Shown here: one piece after another, positions 42,301 to 53,500 of the stretch
How the letters are laid out: each line of letters opens with the position of its first letter
Numbering within the stretch: the first letter of the stretch is position 1
Source of the DNA: the human T2T-CHM13v2.0 reference genome, Homo sapiens
NCBI RefSeq assembly: GCF_009914755.1
Contig: NC_060925.1
Length of the DNA: 64,000 bases
Reading direction: 5' to 3' (one strand)
Made by a program: the position numbers and the translations under genes
Notes under the pieces: generated by a model
Told to the model about the DNA's origin: nothing
The model's database searches: none
What the model saw: only the letters and a program-made list of their open reading frames with translations

Positions 42301-44439
42301 TCTGCTTTTCTGATGGTTTTCAATTTGTCTCTCAGAGTCCCCTGAAAAATCAGGGAAGACCCCTTGTTCCCCAGTTCTAGATATGTAGAACTCAGTTTCC
42401 CCATTTGGTCACTTGGCTTCTGTCTAAACTAGACAAACCTGCAGTGCTTCCGTCTTCCCAGGAGATTTGTGTGCTGCTGACCCAGTCTTTCTGGGCTTGG
42501 AACAAGCACCCCTTGCAAGAGACTGAAGTCCTGGCCCTGGATCTCTGTTCAGTTACTGGGCCCTGCCATCGATGGCCACATTTTTTTCTGGGCCAGCCAG
42601 GGTGTCTACCAGCTCCCTATCTGGGGACTCCACATTATTGATCTTTTCATGTTAGGAAATGCTGTTGCTTCTTTCAGATCCCTGATGCCCAGTGCTTGTC
42701 AGAAGGACCACCTGGCATTGTCTGATGCTGTGGAGAGCTTGTTCAACCTGCCAGATTGCCTACTGCAACCTGTGCCTACACATTGCCACCCTCCATCTGG
42801 CATGTTCTACACCCAGTAGACAAACTAGCCTGGGTAGGAATCCGGGCTCCTCTTTCCTTCTGGGTTCCCCATTAGTATCCAAGCCACCAAGCTCCACATC
42901 TGGGACAGGAGACAGTCCCGAACTTCCCTGGCCCTTGCTCTCTGGGGTCTGATTAAATTGTGGCAGAGGTGGGAGAAATGGGACTTAACCCCTGAATCCT
43001 CAGAGGATAGAGGCTGGGATTCCAGGGCCTGGCAAATGATTAATAGGCCTGGCATATTAGATTCGACCCATCAGGGCAACATTAAATGTGATTTATGACT
43101 TGGTTTTAATTGAGATTTTACTGAATTATTATTCGATGCAGAGAACAGACCGGGACTAATATTTCTAAGTGCCCTAGAGTCCTGCACTCAGAGCTGGGGG
43201 AATGTGGTCTGCCTGAGAGTGAGGTGTCTACTCTCTCCCAGTGTGGATCAAGGCAGCTTCTCGCTCTGCCCACCGTCCACCTCTCCCACCCCACCAGCAA
43301 GTGCCAAGCTTGGAGTAGTGACAAAAACAAAGCACTTTGCTTTCTGCCTCATGTTCTTTAAAACCCTCAAACCAAGTTCAAACAACAGGTTGACCTAGTT
43401 TGCACAATGAAACAATGAACTTGATAAAATTAAGGTATGAGTGACCCCATGGAGAATTTCCACTTTAAAAGAGGACAGAAGAATTAGGCAATGCTTAACT
43501 CAGAGGAATGACCTTTCTAGCCGGGGGATGTCAGCCCAATGGGGAGATGTTTGATGGGCTTTGGCACAGGGAGGCATCGAGAGATGGCCACGAGTTTTTG
43601 GAGGTGTGAGTCTTGAGGCCACCTGGACCCAGGGGCTAGAAAGTGTAGCTGACATGCTGACTACTAGTGATAGCTGCACTGAACATACTGATATCACAGG
43701 GCACAGAGGGCATGAGGTCAGGGAAGAGGAAAAGGAAATACGTGGGAATTTTCTTCCCACCCTCATGAGGCTCCTCTCTGACCTACAAGTGGGGGATCTT
43801 GAGCTTAAATAGCATTTATTGAATTTTGAACTCCATTGGGCAAAGAAATTACTCGTTAATATATAAAGGACTGTATTTCCCATAATGCAAATGCTAGTGA
43901 AAAATAGATTCAGCCTACTTCATGGAGAGATGCTTGCCTTTAAAGTACTAACATAAATATGTCCTTAGGGAGAGAGGGAATGGCAAATTAGATAGAAGTT
44001 TGTGATATGATACGGCAGCAGAGAAAGCTTATGCTCAGCTCCACGCCTGCAGACATGTGGAGATGAAGGAGGAGATTTGCAGAGTAGCAGAAGCAACTGG
44101 AGTGGGACAGGGTGTCTTGATTTCGGGAAAGCTGGGACACCTTGGTTTCTGGAGATTTCCAAGGGTGGGAACTTGCCACTGATGCGCTAGTGAAGGAGAT
44201 AGCACAGAGTGGGGAAAGGGCATGGGATGGAGTGTAGATGTGGATGTGAATCCCTGTTCCACCTCCAGGTGATTACCTTCTTTAAGATTTAATTTCCTCA
44301 ATCATATATGGATGGAAACAACAATACTTGCCCTGTGGAGTGCCTGTGCAACTTAATTGAGGTGACGCATTGAAGGCATCTGGCATAATAATCACACCAG
44401 TTCATTTTCTCTACCTTTAGACACTTCTTTAACAAAATA

Positions 44440-46430
44440 TGTTCACTTAATCAACATGTATTGAGCACTTATTACATGCAATATGGCTCCTGATCCCAAG
44501 GAGCGTAGAATGTTGTGGTAAGCTCAACAACAGTGACATGGCCAGGAGACTATGAACACAGAGTAGGTGGAATTAATCCAATCTGAGGAAATGGGGAAGA
44601 ATCCGATAAAATTACCAGACCAAGGGGATACCTATGTTTAGTGTTCAGTATGACCCGGAGCATCCCATGGAAGAGGCATTCTAGGTAGGAGGGTCTGCAC
44701 CATCAAAGACGTGATGGTGAGCATCAGCATGGTGTGTTTAAAGACCCGCAGGTGCTTCAGTGTGGCTGGAGCCTGAGGTGGAGGCCAGTAGCAGGAGGAG
44801 GTGGGGCCAGCCTGGTAGTCAGGATGGGGACTTTTCTTTCAGTAGTAAAAGAGAATTTCTGAAGGGCTCTCATAAGGTGAGCACAAAGCTGGCGGCCTTG
44901 GGGAGGCTGGTACAGTAGTCCAGGTGACAGTCACTGAAGGCAGAAGTAGCATCTTGGTGGCAGGGGAGGGGAGGGCAGACTTGAGAGATATTTAGGAAGT
45001 AAAATGAGCAGAAAATAGGCCTGAGGGAGGAGTCAAAATGACCTTCAGTTTGGAGATTGCCACCTAACCAAGATAGAGAATTCAGGAAAAGGAGCATTTG
45101 GTGAGGAAGACATTGAGCTCAGTTTGAGGCTTATTGAGTCTGACGGACCTACGAGGCTGCTGGTTGGAGATGATCAGAGAGTGTGGGGCCATATAGGACT
45201 GGATGGAAGAGATGCACCTTGTTCTCTGGATCCCAATAACAAGAAGACCCAGCCTCTGCCTTGAAGAAGTTCAGTGTCCTGCTAGGAGGCAGACATTCAA
45301 ATGGGAAATTATAACACAGGCTAAGAGAGACCCAATTGCTGTAAGAATGCACCCACTGCCCTCACATCCACTGTTTTCTCAGATAGCAGTATGCTCAGTA
45401 CAACTATCACTAGTAGCAAATGGGTAATTAATGGTGTGTAGTTGGGTCAGAGAAGGTTCAGAGAACAAGAGAGTTTTGAACTGGACCCTAAAGAATAAAC
45501 AGAAATTTATCAAGCAGGGGACTGAGGTTGGCATGTGGGTTAGCACTTCCCAACTGTTGGGAAGAGACACATAAAAATGTGGAGGAGCTATAGGGAGGGT
45601 TTTGTGGCCTCTTGTTGGGGCTGCTTGGTAACTAGAGGGACGGGGAGGAGGAGATGAGAGAGTAAAGGGATGAGAGATTGAGAGGGCTTGGAAGGCAGGC
45701 TAAGGTGCTCTGACATGATTCTATGGGAAGTGAGATCTCTCTACTGGTCTTAAATATGGGAGACCTGGGTTTTAGACTTGGGTTTTGGGCCAATTTCTTT
45801 GACATCAATATGGCTCATAGATTGGAGTGAAGCACTATTGAGGCTGAAAGGACAGAGACGGGCCTGGAGACTACTGCAATGGTCCAAGCAGGAGAGAGTG
45901 AGGGCATCAGCTGCTGTGGGGTAAGTGAGCAGCAGGATGGAAAGGGTGAATGCAAAAGACCCTTTAGAGGGAAAACATGTAATGATGATCACTTGATGGG
46001 GGCCAGGGAAGAGTCAGGATGACAGGGAGATTTCTAACTGGCCTGGTTGGTATAATCCACTGTGAAAAGAAACTGTGAGGAGTAAAGTGTGGAGAGATGG
46101 GGGTACACAGAAGGAGTTCAGTATTGGACGGGTTGCATTTGAGGAGTCTACAGAGAACTCGAATAAGCAGCTGATATGTGGATCTGGAGCTCAGAAGAGA
46201 GATTCAGACTTACAAGCTGCCAGTGTAAAGGTGACAGTTGGGCCTTGGAATGGATTAGATCATTGAAAGAAAATGTATAAAGTGAAAAGAAAAGAAGGCA
46301 GGAAATGACATAGGGGGATCATCAGCATGCAAAGGGCCGCAGGGGAAGACAAAATGCAAAAAGGGCAGAGTGAGGATGATGAGGGAGAGGTCGAAAGAGA
46401 ATCCACCCAAAGGCATGCCACTAATGTCAG
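44440..46430 (-). mobile_element. Two tandem L2 fragments (~44440-45170 and ~45250-46430)
   Basis: 'caacatgtattgagcacttatta', 'cttgagagatatttaggaag', 'ggagttcagtattggac', 'ggatctggagctcagaagaga'. Confidence 0.7.
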
Positions 46431-46481
46431 GAGCAGAAGTGTGCCTCCTCCAGACTCCCATGGTATTTCCAGCCCTCCCTT

Positions 46482-46750
46482 TATGTTATTTTAAATTTTT
46501 AATTGTTTAATTTTTAACAATTTTTGTGGGTACATAGTAGGTGTATATATTTATGGGGCACATGAAATATTTTGACACAGGCATGCAATGTGAAATAAGT
46601 TAATCATGGAGAATGGGGTATCTATCCCTTCAAACATTCTCTGAGTTGCAAAAAACCCAAGTACATTCTTTAAGTTATTTAAAAATACACAATTAAGTTG
46701 TTATTGTCTATAGTCATCCTATTGTGCTATCAAATAGTAGGGCTTATTCA
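46482..46750 (-). mobile_element. L1MA1/2-like 3'UTR fragment
   Basis: 'tttttgtgggtacatagtaggtgtatatatttatgggg...tgtgctatcaaatagtagg'; perfect 15-bp TSD ttccagccctccctt (46467-46481, 46751-46765). Confidence 0.9.
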
Positions 46751-47316
46751 TTCCAGCCCTCCCTTGAACAGGATGCATCTCCATGCCTTGTGATTGTTTA
46801 TTCACTTGTTTCTCTATTAGCTTGTGGACTCCTGACATTCAGTGGCCATGTTCTGCACCACTATTGGCTGAAATTTGGCACAGGGTTGGGCATGAGGTGG
46901 GAACTCGATGACCACTGGCCAATGAAGAGGTTAATGCCACCAAATGTAGCAGAGAGTCAGGTAAAATGAAGAGGCAGAGGCAATTGGATGCACTAGAAAT
47001 TTTAGCTGTTTCTGCAGGGCGGAATGAAGAAGTCAGTTTGTGTTGCTGGGAACAGGAGGCTCACTGCTTTTGTTTGACACATCTGAGTTAGTCAGCGAAG
47101 AGAGAAGGGCAATAAATACACCGCAATTAGTAAAACAGAAGAACTGTCTTATGAGTCACAAGACTGAAGTTAACACGCCGGGCTGAGTAATGAACTCATT
47201 TATGTCCTTCCCTGCCCATCTCTGTGCTTGTTGCATCACAGCTTGTAAAAATCTTTATTTGGGATCCTTGACAGAGCCAGTGATCACGTCAGTCTGTACT
47301 TGTTACAAGATAAGTA

Positions 47317-48685
47317 CAGTCACGCGTTGTTTAACCTGGAGGATTAGTGCTAAGAAATGTGTCGTTAGTCGACTGTGTGAACATCATAGAATGCACTTAC
47401 ACAAACCTAGGTGGTAGAGCCTATTACACACCTAGGTATATGGTGTATGTAGCCTATTGCTCCTACCCTGTAAACCTGCGGAGCATGTTACTGTACTGAG
47501 GACTGTAGGCAATTGTAACATGATGGTAAATATTTGTGTCTCTAAACATAGAAGAGGTACACTAAAAATACAGCATAAAGGATTTAAAAAATGGTACATC
47601 TATACAGGGCACTTACTATGAATGGAGCCTGCATGAGTGTAAGCTGCTCTGGGTGAGTCACTGTGTGAGTGGTGAGTGAATGTGGAGGCCCAGGACATCA
47701 CCATACACTGCTGCAGGCTTTATCAACACTGAATACTTAGGCCATACTAATTTTATTAAATTTTTTTTCTTCAATTATAAATTAATCTTAGTTTACTGTA
47801 ACATTTTTACGTTATACACTTAAATTTTTAAAACGTTTTGACTCTTTTGCAATAACGTAACTTAAAACACAGACACATGATACACCTGTACAAAAATATT
47901 TTCTTTTTTAGATCCCCATTTCTTAAGCTTTTTTCTATTTCTAATTTTTTTTTTTACTTTTTGAACTTTTTTTGTTAAAAACCAAAGCACACTAGCTGGG
48001 CATGGTGGCACATGCCTGCAGTACTAGCTACTCAGGAGGCTGAGGCAGGAGGATCACTTGAGCACAGGAGTTCCAGGCTGCAGTGAGCTGTGATCCTGCC
48101 ACTGCAATCCAGCCTGGATGATGGAGCAAGACCCTGTCTCTACAAAACAAGCAAACAAAGGCATGAACACACAGATTAGCCTATGTCTATACAGGGTCAG
48201 GATCATCAATATCACTGTCTTCCACCTGGACGTCTTGTCTCGCTGGAAGGTCTTCAGGAGCAATAACATGTGTGGAGTTGTCAACCCCTGTGATAACAAT
48301 GCCTTCTAGAATCCTCCTGAAGGACCGGCCTGAGGCTGTTCTACATTAACTTTAAAAAAAATAAGCAGAAGGAGTACACTCTAAAATGACTATAAAAAGT
48401 GTAGCATAGTAAATATATAAAATAGTAACATAGCTATTTATTTCATTATCAGTTACATATTGTACATAATTGCATGTGTTAGACTTTTTTATGACTTGCA
48501 GTGTGGTAGGTTTGTTTACACCAGCATCACTACAAACACGTGAGTAATGCATTGGGCTACAACATCATGACAGCTACTACGTCACTAGAGGATAGGAATT
48601 TTTCAGTTCTCTTATAATCGTATGGGACCACTGTCATATATGCAGCCCATTGTTGACCAAATCGTGGTTACACAGCACATGACTA
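47317..48685. mobile_element. Tigger3b/Golem-type TcMar DNA transposon fossil
   Basis: TA then cagtcacgcgttgtttaac...gttacacagcacatgact terminal inverted repeats; 'cacttacacaaacctag', 'agcctattgctcct', 'atgggaccactgtcatatatgc'. Confidence 0.88.
47994..48158 (+). mobile_element. Alu monomer (FRAM or AluJ right arm) nested in the Tigger
   Basis: 'gaggctgaggcaggaggatcacttgagc...ggctgcagtgagctgtgatc...agcaagaccctgtctc' plus A-rich tail. Confidence 0.88.
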
Positions 48686-50178
48686 ATTTGTGCTGTATGA
48701 ATATTTACAAAGATTGGAGGAGCTGTTAAGTCAGGAAGGGATGACATCTCGGAGGAAGGAGGGTATGTAGTCATCTGGGTTCCATTTGGGTCCTTGATTC
48801 TCTAATCTGTAACATCTACTATCCCTGGCTGGGCTTGTGATGAATCAGGCCTCACACCTGCCCTTCCAGACCAGCAGTGAGCCACTGTCTGTCTCATAGC
48901 CCATCTTTGTGCCTGATAAGCAGGGGTATCTAGCTTTGGGAGATGACACTGAGTTAGAAGTTAAGATGGGGTCTAAGAATAGAAGGCTTTGGAGCAGAGG
49001 TATTGAATGTAGTAGTGATGAAAGAGGTGGCTGCTTTAAAATAAGAGGTGGTCCAGGAAGAAATGGCTCTGGCAGGATTAGCCCTTAGCATTTAAGCCCC
49101 ACTTGCTCCTTTTGAATTGTTATATTTCAGCAGACAAAGATCCTAGTGAGGATTGTCTAACTGATGTCTGAAGACAAGCTGAGACTCCATCTTAGGCAGT
49201 AGCAAACCCCAGGCACAAGATCTCTTCATACAGCTTCTTTCCCCAGCTGCCAAATGCATTTTCCTCTTGTTTTCATTAAGCTTCTGGTTTCTGTTCCTGT
49301 CAATATCATCACATCAAATGCATGCACACACATGCTCATCACCAGCAGCCCCCCAGAGATGCTCTCGGACATCATCTTGAATTTTAAAAACCAGTATTGC
49401 CCCCTTGATGAAGAAACACCAGGGGAGAGATGTTGTTTAGGACATGCTTCAGGCTGAATTGTTGTTCCTAAGAAATGGAGCAACTCAGGTCCTCTCTTAG
49501 GGAATGGAAGCTCTAGGATGGGAAAAATGACCCAATGCACTGGCAGTGACTTCTCAGCCATGTAGGAAAGCCGGTGAAGTGGGCAGAGAAGATGGCCAAG
49601 GCCCAAATGTCTACAGAGCCTTGGACATGGGATTTGGGTGGCTCCTGCCCCTTGTCTGATTCTGCCCGCTAGACCCTACTGGGTAGCCATAGTGATGCTG
49701 GAGGGATAAGGCTGAAGCACTTTGTCTTTGATTCTTGCTTCCCTTTTATGTGGGAGCAGCTAACAGAGTGTGAAAGTGCACTCTTTAATGTACAATCTAC
49801 CCGGAAAGATCAATGGCAGCTTAACATGCATTTCTGTCTAATATTCACTTTGTCAGGTCTTTGTAATAAAAAATGCTGGTTTTAATGAAGTGCATTAAAA
49901 TGAGGAGATTCATGGCCGCCTGTATGCTTTTATCACCATTGCCTCCCCTTGAGCTGTCAGTGCACAAGCCGTTCTGTGGAAGCAAGGCAGAGGGGTATCA
50001 TTTTAGGAATCATACACACACACAAATTCTCCATTTTTGCAAAGATCCATGTTACTGGCGGATATATTTCGATTTAATACATGTTATTTCTATAATATGA
50101 GATCTTCCCAGAGATGTGTCTTTGGGAGGAAGTTGCATTTAGGAGCCAGGTAAGTGGACACAATGGGGAGAAGACACC

Positions 50179-50560
50179 AGTTATGGGCTAAATTGTGTCC
50201 TACCAAATTCCTAGGTTGAAGTCCTAACTCTCAGAACCTCAGAATTTGACCATATTTACAGATAAGGCCTTTAAAGAGATGACTAAGTTCAAATGAGGCC
50301 ATTAGGGTGGGCCCTAATCCAATGACTTGTGTTCTTCTAAGAGGAGATCAGGGCATCCAGAGGCACCAGGGGTGCATGTGCACAGTGAGCCAGCCATGTG
50401 AAGAGACCACAAACCAAGCAGAGAGGCCTCAGAGAGGGCTAACCCTGCCGGCCCCTGATGTTGGACTTCCAACCTCCAGAACAGGGAGAAAAGACATTTC
50501 TGTTGTTTAAGCCACCTAAGCTGTGGCAATTTGTTATGGCAGCCTGAGCAAACTAGCACA
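50179..50560 (+). mobile_element. MLT1B-like ERVL-MaLR solo LTR
   Basis: 'gttatgggctaaattgtgtcc...attagggtgggccctaatccaat...ttctgttgtttaagccacc...ttgttatggcagcc'. Confidence 0.88.
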
Positions 50561-53500
50561 AGATCTCAAGCTTGAGATTGGAGCAGTGGGCTCTGAGCTC
50601 ATTCTTAGGGAGAAGAAAGTGATCCAAGGGCATGAGAGGGCATCCGTAGCCATGTGTGCCCTGGAGTGAGGTCAATGGGGACATCTGGAAACTTCTTGAA
50701 AATAGAGTGCTTTTAATGTTGCCGCTGGTAAGAGGGAACATGCTGCATGAGGAGGCTGTGCTTATAACTATGGGTAAAATGTTTGCATAGGTAGGAAGGT
50801 GCTCAGTTTGTATTTGTTGAATGTTACCAAATGAATTGAAAGACAGCATAGCCTAGCTGTCAGAAGCACAGACACTGGAACCTATGCTCTAACACATACC
50901 AGCTAGGTGACCTCTCTGACTTCATCAACTGTTGTGAAGATTAAATTGGTGAATATTTTTTAGTGCTTAGAATAATGCCAGGCATAGAGAGAATGTTCTC
51001 TAAATGTTTGTTAAGGGCAGAAGTGGCTTGGACTCAAGAAGAGGAAGTCTATAGCAACAGCTGCTCATATAATCCCAGAGGCCCCCTGGATGTCCAGTGA
51101 GCTCTTTATCACCCAAGTCACCAAGTCCTTCCCACCACCACCATGTCCCCTGACTCCTCCCTTCCCTCTATTTCCTGGCACTGCTTCCCTGTGGGTTCTC
51201 ATCAACTCATGTAGACTCTTCTCCATATCTTTCATCTGGTCTCCTTGCTCCTAGCGTCATCTCCCCATTCTCTTACACCTTTCTGCCAAAGTAAATTTAG
51301 GGATGATGGCACCTTTCTGCTTATGATCTCTATCATCAAAGGGCTTGGGGAGGAAGCATGGCAGTGTTGGTGAGTTGGTTATGCCCTTTCATGAGATGAC
51401 ATGTAAGTGTGGTGGACGTGCTGGCTTTTCAGGGGTGACAGGAATACAATCAAGCCCTTTGGCACAAAAGGGTCCTTAAAAACCTGATCTTTTATATACT
51501 CCTCTGGCTTTATTTCCTATTGTTTCCCATTACTGGAAATTTCTGCTACACAAATGCAAAATTCTTACAGTTCTAGGATCATGCAGTTCTGGGATGGTGC
51601 CACTGTGCCTTTGCACCTGCTGGACCCTGTATCCTGAAATACTCTTTTCCTTCTTTTATTAAACTGGCAAATGTATGTTCATCTTTCAAAATCCAGATTG
51701 CTTCCTTCAAGAAGGCAATTACTCTTCAAGTAGAATTAAGAACCCCATGTGTTCCTTTTCCTACCCTGGATGAGGAAAAAAAAAACTCATTCTTACCCAG
51801 CTTACTTATTGTCAATACATAAATATAAGAAGGAGAATCCAAGAAATAATGAGCAATTTGAGCAATCTAAGGACTAAAACTGGCATTTCTTCCAGAGTAT
51901 CTAACTTCCCCTCTAACCTTCAATCGTCCTATAATGAAATGATATTTTAAGGTATAAGCTATCTCTGCAGGATAAGGGGAACATTAAAGCCAATGATGTG
52001 AACAAAAAAGAGAGCTGAACAGGAAGAGCAAACGCAGCCCAAATTGGAGAATCAAGGGAATATGATGTTGTCCAGTGGCCACAAATTTATCAACACACCT
52101 ATGCCTGGTAACCTGCTATCTTGTTCTTGCTCCACTCCACCCTTGGGCATTGAGAATAAGAGGTGAGAGTCCTCAGTGACCATTTAACTGTCTCCCAGAG
52201 CCTAGAAGCAGCCTGGTGCTTGCCATGATCACAGGACAAGGTGATCTCAGGAAAACCACAGGCTCTCTGGGCATTGGTTTACACATCTATAAAATGGGCT
52301 TTCTAGAGTCTAATTGACAAGATTTCCTAGAGCATAAGTAGGTGATGTATGGCAAAAGTACTTTCCTAGCTCAGAATGCTGCCCAGACTTCCATTTTGCT
52401 TTTGGGAGGAACTTCTCTGTAGGTAGTTTTGATGCTCCCCACTCCACTTTCCCATCTGACATCTCATTGAGGTACTACTTTGAGCACCTGATCCACAGTC
52501 TTCAGTGTCCTCTTGCTGCTTAGAAACCTCCAAAGGCTAGCCTGAGATTGATGCTCTTTGGGCTTCTCTTCTTTGCAGCTGTCTGAAATAATTCACATTC
52601 CACACTTCCTCCCCATCCTCCCAAAGCTACACCTCACAATAAAAAACCTAACAGTCTCTTCAGGGGTGCTGGAAAGTGGAGTAATTTATCTGCTAACTGA
52701 TTTTTGCAAAAGCATTATCGGGTAATAACACCATTGTATGCAACCACTGTTCTGTAAAGTAATAGAGACATATTACCTGACATATTACCAGAACCCTAAA
52801 TGGTGACCCTTCGGGAATTTGAACTCTGGAAGCTCAGAATGTGGGTGAGGGCAGCAAACTCATAACTATTGGTCTTTAGAGACCCGTAACAGCACTAGGG
52901 AGCATCTATTATCTAGGCCTATGAATAAATTGTAGGATTCTGTAATAGAATTACAGTTCCTTCCTCTAACTATGTTTTAAGGAGAGTATAATGGAGAGAC
53001 AGGACTTCATGGGAAAGAAGAACCAAAAGAATGGCTCTTAAATGTTTCTGTATTTTGGTGATACACTAGCAAAATATAAGGGAAAATACCTGCAAGGATA
53101 AATGAGATAATAACAACCATGGATCATTTTTAGTTCCTGGGAAGGAAAGCACCATACAGATTTGAGGTATTATTATTATGCATATAATATATATAGACAT
53201 TGTATAGTTATTCACAGAGAAGCTCACATATGTCATTCCCACTAATAACATTTCTTTTCTAGCTCCCGCGTAAGAGGAGATATGCCATTTTCATATGTTC
53301 CACACATACTCAGAGGAACCTGCGTAGAATATTTTTGCTGATGAAATTTTCTGGGTTGTAACATTTATCTTTTTGAAGAGCTTCCTTCCTATAACCCCAC
53401 GTGGAGAGCTGTGCTTTTACCTCTCACTGTGATGCTATCTACATGTGGATTTTTGTGTCAACTGCTTATCTTAGCCATTAACCAATTTCTTGTCTGTTTG

